Notes under the pieces: model-generated
Told to the model about the DNA's origin: nothing
Database searches by the model: none
The model's input: only the letters and a program-made list of their open reading frames with translations
Program-made: the position numbers and the translations under genes
Shown here: piece by piece, positions 41,260 through 51,365 of the stretch
Position numbering within the stretch: position 1 is the stretch's first letter
Layout of the letters: every line of letters begins with the position of its first letter
NCBI GenBank assembly: GCA_030609965.1
Contig: JAUWSQ010000001.1
Span: forward strand, 105,787 to 169,786
Source: Candidatus Fermentibacterota bacterium
GTDB lineage: Bacteria > Fermentibacterota > Fermentibacteria > Fermentibacterales > JCC-6
DNA length: 64,000 bases
Direction: 5' to 3'

Positions 41260-42470
41260 TATTCCCGTTCATTGTTGAACACAGTAAGTATTCCTGTCCA
41301 GTTCAGTGGACGGCTGCGCCCAAGAAACGGTGCAATCTCCATACCAGAATAAAAACCCAGCAGTGGGATTTCCTTCCTGATCGACTTTCTGATAATATTA
41401 GCTTCCTCTATTCTAGAACTGCTGAAATCACGTGTTCTCCCGGCACAGTCAATATAGAAGGCCAATTCGTGTTGCCCTTTTCTTATACTTCCAAGTAATT
41501 CTTCTGTTCCTCTCTTCGTAGATTCCAGCATAAAGTTGTTGTTCCTTGTCATTATCTGAACTACTGTTCCCTTCTGGAAATCAGTATCGAGGAGTGTTAT
41601 GCTGCCATCTTCGGTATTTGAATTTATTATAAGGCTGTTTACATACACCTGTTCGCTGTAGGGAGCGAATTGATCACCATACTTTTTACCCAGTGTGATT
41701 GTGAACGGGATTATCACTTCTTGTCCAAATTCACTATCCCCCCCCAGCATTTCATGGAAGACATCTGTCGCCCTCCGTCCGTTGAGTTCATAGACCACTG
41801 GACCTTCTATTCTGGTAATCTCCATAAATGAGCTTACGGGAGTGCATCCATGCATAATTGTTGTATATGGAGAAAGAGTTCCAGGCATAATTAATGCAAG
41901 AACTGAATGTTCAACAACCTCAGAACCGCCGAAAAGAAAACAAGGAAAGAAATTGAAATCACCTACCAGACCGGCACCTATAATATTGAGGGGTTTCTTG
42001 TCCAGAACTGTGTACAGACCATCCAGAAGGCTGCTGCCAGTGAATAGCTCCAGCGGTGGCATCGATTTAAGCTGGTCGAAAAGGATGAGAACTGTATCAC
42101 CTTCTTCTGCCTGGTTATTCAATTCCAGCGCAAGCTCTTTCCCTGCGTTAAATTCACCAGAATCCATATTGATGAGAATTGCGTGCGGTTCTGGCACCGG
42201 GGTCGTAAATACGGCTAAACCGCATTCATAACCGGTATATCCAAGAAGATTATTCGTGATTACTCCACAGACAGACCCGCCATAAATCTTTACATTACCA
42301 AGTTCAGCTCTAATACCCTTCAAAAGTTCTTCAGGATCTTGCCTTCCGCCGCAGAATGCCATTACCCAGGAAACCGATTCACCATCTTGCATCCGCTGCT
42401 TTGCCATACTCGCCGCTTCACGGCCGGCCAGTTCAGATTCAGTACTCTGGCTATTTCCAATGTATGCCAT
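41259..42470 (-). CDS. Stand-alone FIST (NosP-like) sensor protein
   Basis: YGGSVCGVI, IIGAGLVGD, IMHGCTP, VYELNGRRA, FYIDCAGR, LLGFYSGMEI; stop overlaps the kinase ATG. Confidence 0.88.
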   Translation of the reverse strand: MAYIGNSQSTESELAGREAASMAKQRMQDGESVSWVMAFCGGRQDPEELLKGIRAELGNVKIYGGSVCGVITNNLLGYTGYECGLAVFTTPVPEPHAILINMDSGEFNAGKELALELNNQAEEGDTVLILFDQLKSMPPLELFTGSSLLDGLYTVLDKKPLNIIGAGLVGDFNFFPCFLFGGSEVVEHSVLALIMPGTLSPYTTIMHGCTPVSSFMEITRIEGPVVYELNGRRATDVFHEMLGGDSEFGQEVIIPFTITLGKKYGDQFAPYSEQVYVNSLIINSNTEDGSITLLDTDFQKGTVVQIMTRNNNFMLESTKRGTEELLGSIRKGQHELAFYIDCAGRTRDFSSSRIEEANIIRKSIRKEIPLLGFYSGMEIAPFLGRSRPLNWTGILTVFNNERE

Positions 42471-42562
42471 TTTTCATAATCCTAACGCTTGTTGCTGAAA
42501 ATGGGCGAAACTCCTTCTCGGTAATCGAAGATGTCAAATCAGGGCTTAGTCCCAATTCAAAA

Positions 42563-44047
42563 CTAATTCAGACGATATTTCCTATGCTTCCTTTCAAGGT
42601 TCCATAAACGATATCGGTTATAACCAGTCAGTTTGTAGATAATATCTCTTCGCATGATGTTAGTCCATACGGGGTTTTTTATTCTGATCAGAGAATATAT
42701 TCTTTTAAGAGTCCTGGCAAGGACGGATTCGTCGGTATTGTCCTGAAGGTTGATATAGTTGCAGTGGGTAATGACTTCCCTGTTGATAAGGTAAAGCATC
42801 CTTTCAGTGCTTACACCTTCCGGCTGGAACCAGAATGGCCGCAAAATGTCGGTGTCCTCCGGTATTCCGCCCTTCTCAAGGGCATAGCTGTAAAGTGGTG
42901 AGCCGGGAAATATTCTTATTCCACTGGTAATGAAAACCAGATCCTTTTTTCTGATATTTTCTTCGATGAAATCGAATGTTTCTTTTATTGTAGTCTCATC
43001 TTCTCCTGGACCGCCGAAAAGAAAGTACCAGACTACAGGTAAATCAACTTTTCTTAAGCATTCTGCCGCTCGCCGTACATCATCAAGAGTAAAATTCTTC
43101 CCAAGGGATTCAAGCATTCTCGCGGAACCGGATTCGGGGGTACAGGATATTTCCATGAAATTAGCAGCCTTCATCAGGATGGCAAACTCTTCGGTAACGT
43201 TCGCGGGGTTGATTCCCATTGTGTTGAAGGATACCCGTATATTCCGCTTCACTATTTCCCTGCAGATCGCCATCGCATGATCCAGTGGAATGTTGAAAGT
43301 GGAGTCTGTAAATTCAATAACCAGAGGATTGCAGTTAGCAACAATATCTTCAATCTCGTCTACAACCGACTCAGGATCTCTCAGTCTGTACTGCCGTCCT
43401 TCTATGTTGTTGTAGACGCAATAGCTGCATTTCAGAGCGCATCCTCTTTTAGTCTGAACAGGATAGGGTGTATAGTTGAGCCGGTACTTACCCCAGTCTA
43501 CCCACCTGTAAATCCTGGGCGGAGCCAGTTCGTCCAGTTCTTTGATCCTGATTATTGGATTCCTGATTATTCTGTTACTTTTTCTGTACAGCAAACCATT
43601 TACTGTTGAAACATCAGCTTCCCGTTCCTGGTACCGGACAAACTGCACCATTGCATCCTCACCCTCACCGGATATTGCGTAATCCACACCAAGATAATCC
43701 ATTATCCTTTCAGGCATCACGCTGACTGCTGAACCTCCGATCACCAGTGGCGCGCTGCTCGATTTTTTGACTGGTTCTATTACCTTCTCAATTACCTCTT
43801 CCAGATAAAAGAATGGATCCTGCTGATCAACATTATCAATATTCCGTATGGAAATACCTACAAGATCAGGCTGATACTGATCGATACAGGCAGTTATCAT
43901 GCTGGCGGGGTTGTCAGAATAGAGAATGTCCAGAAGCTGAACCTCGTATCCCGATTTCTCAAGGCCCGAAGCGGTGTAACATGCCCCGATCGGCAGTACC
44001 GGCCACGGATGTCTTTCTCTGTTGGATGAAATCAGAAGAACCTTCAT
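42563..44047 (-). CDS. B12-binding radical SAM protein (lipid-biosynthesis-associated type)
   Basis: PDLVGISIRNIDN B12 domain; QTKRGCALKCSYC; FTDSTFN; YFLFGGPGE. Confidence 0.88.
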   Translation of the reverse strand: MKVLLISSNRERHPWPVLPIGACYTASGLEKSGYEVQLLDILYSDNPASMITACIDQYQPDLVGISIRNIDNVDQQDPFFYLEEVIEKVIEPVKKSSSAPLVIGGSAVSVMPERIMDYLGVDYAISGEGEDAMVQFVRYQEREADVSTVNGLLYRKSNRIIRNPIIRIKELDELAPPRIYRWVDWGKYRLNYTPYPVQTKRGCALKCSYCVYNNIEGRQYRLRDPESVVDEIEDIVANCNPLVIEFTDSTFNIPLDHAMAICREIVKRNIRVSFNTMGINPANVTEEFAILMKAANFMEISCTPESGSARMLESLGKNFTLDDVRRAAECLRKVDLPVVWYFLFGGPGEDETTIKETFDFIEENIRKKDLVFITSGIRIFPGSPLYSYALEKGGIPEDTDILRPFWFQPEGVSTERMLYLINREVITHCNYINLQDNTDESVLARTLKRIYSLIRIKNPVWTNIMRRDIIYKLTGYNRYRLWNLERKHRKYRLN

Positions 44048-44050
44048 AGG

Positions 44051-46021
44051 TTATCTTAACCTCATTTCCGGATAGTAACTGCTAAGAATGTCTTTCATTT
44101 CTGCTGACAGGTTGTCAAACAGGCTGTTTCCGCTTTTGCTGAGATTCGTGATGTAGTCCGTGCAGTACAGTTTTCCCTGTTTAGGCAGCTCACTCAGAAT
44201 CCGCTCTTTTATCTGCCTGCGATCGCTAACATAGAAGTATTCAAACAGAACAGGATTTCTTTTCTGAATTTCCTCCGCGCTGGTTTCGAGGCAAAGATGC
44301 ATCGGCACCGCAGGAGCTCCATTAACTGAATCGCAACGCTTGACTTCTCCTATTCGATTGAAACCGAATTCCTTCTGATAGTATTTACTGTGATGGGGAT
44401 TTATCATCATGCAGTAATCTGTGCAGCCCAGGATGTCATGACTAAGTATAAAGGCATGCTTGAAGAGAGACATCATGATGTCTCTGCTTTCCACAGGCGA
44501 CATGGATGCATCCAACGCTAACCCGGACAGTTCACATATAAGGGACTTCTCGGTGCGGATTCTACCAATCTCATCTCCGAACAGCTTTTCGATAGGGAGC
44601 CCCGAGCAGTTTTCCCTGATTACGGTAAGCGTGCCTGAAACCCTCCCTTTCCTTTTTACGACCATAGGATAGCTTACAGGGAGAAGGTTATGATAACGGA
44701 TTCTCAACAGAGAGGGGTCAATTCTCTGAAGGCCGGATACGAGGTAGTTGTCATAGATTAAGTGGAATACTTCTTTCATATCATCTATGGTGTCAGGGAA
44801 CATCGGATACGATAATATTTCATTTTCAGTTCCACTGTTACCAGCTGGTTCAGACAGGCAGTAGGTACTTTCTATCTCCGATGGACATGAAAAGGGTTTC
44901 GTGATGGTTTTCTTTAATCCGGCAGTTTTTTCGTGCAATACCGCCAAGGATGTACGTGCTCTCGCGATATACGAATAGAGAATCGCTTCGAGTGATCCTT
45001 TGAGTTCATGTGGAGATTGATTGCAGCCGGAACAGATGGAACCGCTCATAAACATTTCCTTGTTTTCCATCAGCGTATCAATTGAGTCGTACATGATGTT
45101 ACCGTTAGGGCACCGTACAGTCTGATCGTTACAGCAAATTGAACTTCCGTCTGCGGCAATGAAGAAGTTTGCGTTCCATAGACAGGGGAATCTGAAACTC
45201 CTTATAAGATCCGCAATCTCTCCTGCGTTGACGAAGAACCGCTTAAGCACCAATTTCATCCTGATTTTCACATCATTAACGATACGATCGTTGTAGTGTT
45301 TGAACAGGTCCTTGTACATATCGACTCTGATAACGGAACTGCGTACAAGACCGGATCGGTTGCTGATTGCAGGGAAGAGAATCATTTCGATTTCCTCAAG
45401 TCCGTTCCTGTTAGCTATACTCGTCAGAAAGTCCACTGTTTCAGGAAAATCACTTCTTATTATCTCTGTTTCCGGAGGTGAGATGTGAAAACAGAGCTTC
45501 GAAAGATACCCCTCTGCTCTCAGCATCATCGCTTTCTCTATATTGGGCAGCACCACGGACAGCATAGATGCCCCTCTACTCGAATCACCGGCCATAATCG
45601 CACCGTAGGATTCTGGCTTAATTGTTGGAAGGGATATTATCAGAGTCATTGTGTTCTCAGTGAATGAATCCTCAATCCCGGGTAGATGCAGTCGTGAACC
45701 ATTAGTGACTATTGATACTTCGGGTGATGGAATGCCGGGAAAATCCCATTCTCTGAGCATCGAACCGAACATTCCAATCCTGCTTCTGAACTCAGGATGA
45801 AGTGTTGGTTCACCGTCGCCGGAATTGGTGATATAGCGTATGTACACTCCGGAACGAGCGGATTCCCTGATACGCCGCATAAGAGTTTTTGTCACTTCGA
45901 ATGGCTGATATTCCTTCGGACCGTTGTACGTTGCTTTATTTATACTGCATAATCTGCAGGAATAGTTACATATGCCATGAACCAGACTGTTGTTTATTGA
46001 TATAGCTCGATGTGTTTTCAT
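44051..46021 (-). CDS. Radical SAM/twitch domain fused to a FeeM-like N-acyl amino acid synthase (GNAT) domain
   Basis: CNYSCRLC, SGDGEPTLHP, FPC..DGSSICC..CSGC; C-terminal VFHLIYDNYL..GTLTVIRENCSGLP..CELSGLA..MINPHHSKYY..FGF..G....SVNGAPAV. Confidence 0.75.
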   Translation of the reverse strand: MKTHRAISINNSLVHGICNYSCRLCSINKATYNGPKEYQPFEVTKTLMRRIRESARSGVYIRYITNSGDGEPTLHPEFRSRIGMFGSMLREWDFPGIPSPEVSIVTNGSRLHLPGIEDSFTENTMTLIISLPTIKPESYGAIMAGDSSRGASMLSVVLPNIEKAMMLRAEGYLSKLCFHISPPETEIIRSDFPETVDFLTSIANRNGLEEIEMILFPAISNRSGLVRSSVIRVDMYKDLFKHYNDRIVNDVKIRMKLVLKRFFVNAGEIADLIRSFRFPCLWNANFFIAADGSSICCNDQTVRCPNGNIMYDSIDTLMENKEMFMSGSICSGCNQSPHELKGSLEAILYSYIARARTSLAVLHEKTAGLKKTITKPFSCPSEIESTYCLSEPAGNSGTENEILSYPMFPDTIDDMKEVFHLIYDNYLVSGLQRIDPSLLRIRYHNLLPVSYPMVVKRKGRVSGTLTVIRENCSGLPIEKLFGDEIGRIRTEKSLICELSGLALDASMSPVESRDIMMSLFKHAFILSHDILGCTDYCMMINPHHSKYYQKEFGFNRIGEVKRCDSVNGAPAVPMHLCLETSAEEIQKRNPVLFEYFYVSDRRQIKERILSELPKQGKLYCTDYITNLSKSGNSLFDNLSAEMKDILSSYYPEMRLR

Positions 46022-46026
46022 TATTC

Positions 46027-47459
46027 AGATGCCTCCGTCAGAACCCAGCCATTATATAGCAAGCCGGAATTGATTATTTTCATTCCAACAGATATTTTTC
46101 TCTCTAAGCTGGAAATACCTCCAGTTCGACCTGATTTGATCCCGGATTGTGCGCAAACAGCCCTCAATTATGGCAGAGAGCGTCTCTTCTGAGTTCCAGT
46201 GTACCCGTTGCCTTACATATTCACATGATTTCTCACTCCTGGCCGCCTGAAGGATATTCCATCCCGCTATCTTAAGTAGTATCACATTGAAGACGCTCGG
46301 CTTACCTCGAACTCGAAGCCTGCTCATACCCGTTCGCTGTTTGATTCCGCTGTTGGTCGCTTCTATGCCGGCACGTTTCCGATACTTCTCCTGAAAGGCA
46401 TCGGTCTTCTCATAACGACGGCACTTAGCCAAACGAAGTTCTTTGCTGGTAAATTCAAAGCGACAATCGTTACGCTTTCTCTCTATAGGACATTCGCTGC
46501 GATGTTCGCATGAACTGCATACTGTAATCGGCATTACGGTTCGTGTTATTTCCTTCTCGGGATCGTACTCGGACTTAAGCGGTTCATGACCAGCGGGACT
46601 GGCCAGATTCATTCCGTCACCTGAAGCATTCTGCACTTTATCATCGTGCCATAGGATGTATCAGCAAGCATCTGCTCGGGAAGATTATCCGACTCCCTGA
46701 GTTCCTCGCGTACTTTCTCAACTGCGTCCGTGTCCTCAACTCCTCCGGAAGAGATTCATATACCTTCTTGTTATGACGTTTCACCCGAGTAAGGAATTTC
46801 TTGAATGTTACATCAATCATACGAGTGCGGCCGTATATGGCCATATTGCTGAATACATGCGCGGAATCAAGCCGCTGCTCAGTGATGATCTGATCCAATA
46901 GTTCAACAAGACGCATTGTTACATCGTGCATGACCTGCCTTGCAGGCTCATTTTCTCTGAATATCCTCTGATAACGTTCGATGGTTCGGGTACTCATGCT
47001 CCGGGCTCCGGGGGTCAGATTAAGCGCGTACCAGATATCTGTGTGAAACATATACGCCTGCGCAGCCTGTTCAATTGTCCAATCAAGGAACTCACTAATA
47101 AAGATCAGCCCAGCCATCGAGTAAAGTTCCCTGGTCGGTCGTCCTGTTGCTGGATGGAACTTGCCTGCGATGGCCTGTACCGGTAACAATTCGAGAATGA
47201 CATGTCGAAACAGTCCCTGCCATCCCTCTTGGATAATCTTGGTTGCAAGTAACCTGAACAGGCGCTCAAATGGGTCAAACAGGTGTTTTTGTCCTGGGTC
47301 CTTAATGTGCCGCATAATGAGTCTATATCCTTATTTGATAAGTGATTATCATAGTTAATAGGCACATCATTATCAATGGCCAAAACAACACTTATATTGC
47401 AACATAATATAACTTCACAAGGTTTCTACAAATGGTTTTGACTTTTGTCGGTGTCGTCT
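46027..47459 (-). mobile_element. Decayed IS1182-like insertion sequence with imperfect terminal inverted repeats and 4-bp ATTC target duplication
   Basis: Ends AGATGCCTCCGTCAGAA and reverse-complemented AGACGACACCGACAAAA (12/17 identical); ATTC at 46023-26 and 47460-63. Confidence 0.75.
46052..47315 (-). pseudogene. IS1182-family DDE transposase pseudogene
   Basis: GRPTRELYSM, QRLDSAHV, LADTSYG (in a third frame), CSSCEHRSECP, YRKRAGIEATNS; an internal deletion near 46740 and a frameshift near 46645. Confidence 0.85.
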
Positions 47460-47659
47460 ATTCTGCTTAATGTAAATGAAACAATTTCAGTTAAAGCATA
47501 TAATACTACTAAGGGATATATTATCAACATTCATTCCCGGTGATCATAATCAGAAGATATTGTCGTTAGTCCTTGCAGATACTATGCCGAATTAATTCAG
47601 ATCTTCTGAATTCAAGCAGGTGGTGTTTCTGAGTACTGTATATTATTAACTGGAAGAGA

Positions 47660-49114
47660 TTAATACGACTCCGGTTTTACAAATCCTGAGGTGAATTTAG
47701 AAATTAGTTTTGCAAATTGAATCAATTCCGGTTCGCTCCAATATGGCCCGATTACTTGAACTCCCACCGGTAATCCATCTTCACCAATCCCCAGCGGTAA
47801 ATTCATTCCGGGATGTCCGCTTGCATTAAAACAAGCTACATAGGGCCAGGCATATTTAATATAGGTGTGCTCTTTTTCGTCGTAATGAATCGGAGTGCCA
47901 GTTTTGCACCGTTTATAGGCTGGGCCTATACTCATCGGACACACGAGAAAATCAAATTTTTCAAAGTACTGTTCCCATTCATTCACAATACCCGCTCTGA
48001 TACCCATTGTCTCTGAGTAATGAATGAAACTGTCTTTAAATCCTTTATTAAACTCCCAATGAAATTTTTCCATTCCTTTTAGAAAACCATTCTTTATTTC
48101 CATTTTCATGAACGGTCTGATAAACCGTGGGACATCCTGGGAGACCAATTGAGTGAACAATCTCATATAAAGAGAAAGCGAGCGTTCGTGCAAATTATCT
48201 CCGGGGCCGGTATTTTCAGTTATACAATTATTCTGAGTAAGTTGATCGATAAAATTCCGGATCACCAATTTGGTCTGGATACCTGTCTCATAACCAGGCC
48301 AGCCGTCAACCCAGGCTACTTTGTAATCACCTAATGCTTTACAATCCGCTTTTCTCCATTCAATTCTGGGCGTATTTCTATCGCTTTTATGCGGTCCCAG
48401 GATTGTTTTCCATACCAGTTCAAGATCTTCCGGGTTTCGTGCCATGGGACCAGCCTGGGCCATGTGCAGAGCAAAGCCTTTGTTCCCTTCGGGTATAGGT
48501 ACCATTCCATGTCTGGGCACTGTGTCCTCAGTAGGCTTCATTCCCCAAAGACCACAATAATTAGAAGGAATGCGTATCGAGCCACCGAAATCGCAACCTA
48601 CTTCTATGGGAATCATACCGGACGCAAGAGCTGCGGATGCGCCGCCACTGCTTCCGCCGGGTGAAAACGCCAGGTTGTATGGGTTCTTGCATTCGCGATA
48701 TATATCGCCACTAACCTGATAATCTGCCAGGTTTCTGGACACATTGGTTTTTCCAAGAATAACAGCACCTGCTTTTCTGAGCCTGTCGACGATTACAGCA
48801 TCCTCCGTGGCTGTCCAGTCTTTCAGTCTGCTGAAATTTAACGTGGATTTAGTTCCTTTCACCCAATACTGCTCTTTGACGGTCATGGGTACGCCGTGAA
48901 GTGGTCCTCTGAACTTTCCCTGGGCCGTTTCAGCATCGCACCGAGCGGCCGTTTTCAGTGCTTCATCCTCTACTAATATTACAACCGCATTCAATGTTGA
49001 ATTGTGTCTTTTAATTTGCTCAAGATGATCTTTCACTATTTCCGTTGAAGTCGCTTTTCGATTCCTTACAAATTCAGCTAGTTCTATCGCTGATTTGTAA
49101 ATAAAATCACCCAT
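47660..49114 (-). CDS. Amidase signature family protein
   Basis: LHGVPMTVKE, ILGKTN, PGGSSGG, DFGGSIRIP. Confidence 0.92.
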   Translation of the reverse strand: MGDFIYKSAIELAEFVRNRKATSTEIVKDHLEQIKRHNSTLNAVVILVEDEALKTAARCDAETAQGKFRGPLHGVPMTVKEQYWVKGTKSTLNFSRLKDWTATEDAVIVDRLRKAGAVILGKTNVSRNLADYQVSGDIYRECKNPYNLAFSPGGSSGGASAALASGMIPIEVGCDFGGSIRIPSNYCGLWGMKPTEDTVPRHGMVPIPEGNKGFALHMAQAGPMARNPEDLELVWKTILGPHKSDRNTPRIEWRKADCKALGDYKVAWVDGWPGYETGIQTKLVIRNFIDQLTQNNCITENTGPGDNLHERSLSLYMRLFTQLVSQDVPRFIRPFMKMEIKNGFLKGMEKFHWEFNKGFKDSFIHYSETMGIRAGIVNEWEQYFEKFDFLVCPMSIGPAYKRCKTGTPIHYDEKEHTYIKYAWPYVACFNASGHPGMNLPLGIGEDGLPVGVQVIGPYWSEPELIQFAKLISKFTSGFVKPESY

Positions 49115-49476
49115 TTATAGTTTAATCCTTCCACCCGATATGACATCATGGTATGCCGGGAGTGATACCAACCGTTTTCCTAAAGTAGAGGAGATCCTCT
49201 GAGAATCTATATTAATAACATATTAATATTATTACGGCATCGACCAGCGCGCCAGGGTGATGTTTCTCTGTATTATCAATTCTGATCGTGAAATAGTTCA
49301 CACCGTAATATGAAAGCTGATCCGGAATTCCTTCTCAAAGCAATTTATCCTGACCGGCTGGAACGGTCTTGTGTATTTCAGCAGGAAATCAGCTCAGGAT
49401 ATTTGAATGATACTCAGTTGTGTCTGATTTAAACGCTAAGGGGCTGCCACGATTGACAGCCCCAGGTGAACCTATC

Positions 49477-51042
49477 CTACCTTGATGATTCTTCAAGCAA
49501 AATGGAAAAGGTTCCTTCTCCCGAGGAATACTTCCCGACGATAAGGAAACTGTCTCCGGCCTGGTTTTCATTTACGGTGAAATTCAGAAGGGAGTTGGTA
49601 TCATCCCCGCCGTCATCGTCGTAAAGGTTCGCTCCGTCGGGCAGAATCAATGTCACTACAGTATCCAGTTCATCACTTCCAACGGATATGGAGTAGCTTG
49701 TACCTGCCTGAAGATTGAGTCTGTAAATAATGCTCTCGGTTTCATAGGACGCGTAAGCTTCCGTTGACCTGCCGACTCTGAGGGTGTTTATGCCCTCTTC
49801 ATCTTCGGACCATGAGAATATCACTTCGTCTTCACTCGAACCGCTGTAGGGTGATACAAGGGCAATGTAATCACCCGGAAGGAGGGGATTGATAATCCTT
49901 GAGTCAGAGCCGAGATCCGGGTAATCATCGTTTGAGGCGATGTACTGTATATTGCCTTCAGCATCTCTCTTGAGGAGAGTAAGGCATACATCTAAATAAC
50001 CGGAAGCGGTCAATTCGTAAACTGAAGTAGTTTCTACAGTAAATGTAAAAGCCGCCACAGGAGTGAAGGGAGTGAGAAACCCGGGCACTTCCCAATTGTC
50101 TGCCATACCGGACCACCAGGCAATAGCGAAATTTCTGTCAGGAATTATTTCAGTTCTGTACTCCACATCCATCAATGGTGCGGTGATTTCTACTTTTTCC
50201 AGTGCTTCCTCATCGATGACTTCCATCGAGAGAGTAAATCTACCCTGACTGCCGGCTCCGTAGGGCATGACAAGTGCTATGTAATCTCCGCAATCCAGTT
50301 CTCTTACTATTCTGGAGTAGGAACCGCTGTAATCATCGTTGGATTCAACGAATGTATAAGTTCCATCCTCAACTGCCAGTAGAACCAGATAGGGATCAAA
50401 TTCATCGGATTCAAGTGATATTGAAACCAGTTCTTCGTTCTCTACTGTGAAAGGAAAGAGTTCCGCCTGGGAGTAGTTGTAAATGTAGACATCGTTTTCA
50501 AGAGCTTCTCTCAGTATGGTGCTAAGGTAAGCATTGTAGCTGTCCGCTTCGATCCACCCCGTTATCGTTCCACTGGAGAAATCGGTGACATCGATGAAAG
50601 CTTCGAGATCCTCTGGAGTTCCTTCTTCAATAATAACGTCGTAAAGACCCCTGGTATCATCAGGTGAGAAGATCAGGAGTTTTCCCCCTGTTGGAGCGCC
50701 ATCAAGTACGATCCTGACGCTGGTTCCTTTCCAGCTGATGCTGAAGGCAACAGGATTTCCCTCTCCGTCGATTACCACGGCTATGGGGTCAAAATCGTGG
50801 CTTCTTACATCAATAACAATTATCCCGCTTCCGGATATATCATGCACAGCGGTATAGGTATCCGGTTGTACAGGGCAACCCTGGGCAAAAAGAGCAGTGC
50901 TGGCCATCGGCCAGGCGTCGGTGAGCGTATGTGTTTTCTCCGGCAGTGCACTTCTTATTACGTTGCCTGGGGTCGCGACTCCGTTTCCGCAGGCTGCTGT
51001 CATCATAGACAGCACTATTAAAAAGGTCAGCAGTGTTTTCAT
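49477..51042 (-). CDS. Lipoprotein with repeated PPC-like (pre-peptidase C-terminal) domains
   Basis: MKTLLTFLIVLSMMTAAC lipobox; repeated FDPYLVL...NDD....SRI units. Confidence 0.8.
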   Translation of the reverse strand: MKTLLTFLIVLSMMTAACGNGVATPGNVIRSALPEKTHTLTDAWPMASTALFAQGCPVQPDTYTAVHDISGSGIIVIDVRSHDFDPIAVVIDGEGNPVAFSISWKGTSVRIVLDGAPTGGKLLIFSPDDTRGLYDVIIEEGTPEDLEAFIDVTDFSSGTITGWIEADSYNAYLSTILREALENDVYIYNYSQAELFPFTVENEELVSISLESDEFDPYLVLLAVEDGTYTFVESNDDYSGSYSRIVRELDCGDYIALVMPYGAGSQGRFTLSMEVIDEEALEKVEITAPLMDVEYRTEIIPDRNFAIAWWSGMADNWEVPGFLTPFTPVAAFTFTVETTSVYELTASGYLDVCLTLLKRDAEGNIQYIASNDDYPDLGSDSRIINPLLPGDYIALVSPYSGSSEDEVIFSWSEDEEGINTLRVGRSTEAYASYETESIIYRLNLQAGTSYSISVGSDELDTVVTLILPDGANLYDDDGGDDTNSLLNFTVNENQAGDSFLIVGKYSSGEGTFSILLEESSR

Positions 51043-51365
51043 GTCATCTCCCGATTCTGTGAAAGTCATTCATATGTTAAGATAATACCAAACAGGCACA
51101 GATACTATTCCATCAGAGGTGCCACCGGTTTCGTCAGTCTGTCAGAAGATGCATTTACCGCAACGTTGTAGTTCTGGTAGCAGTTTCGGGACCAAGGAAT
51201 TATTTTCAAGCTGCTGCGTATAAATGTATTTATATGTTTAAGCTATTGTGTATTTCATATAAAAGCGACTTAACTCTTTGTCAGTACTCGAATTACTTTA
51301 CTTATTGACAATGCCGGAGTATAATCATTTGAATGATATCACTCACTAGAAAGAAGAGGTGTATT

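Noticed and set aside
51305-51325. TTGACA..TATAAT as a promoter pair
   Set aside because: The spacer is only 9 nt.
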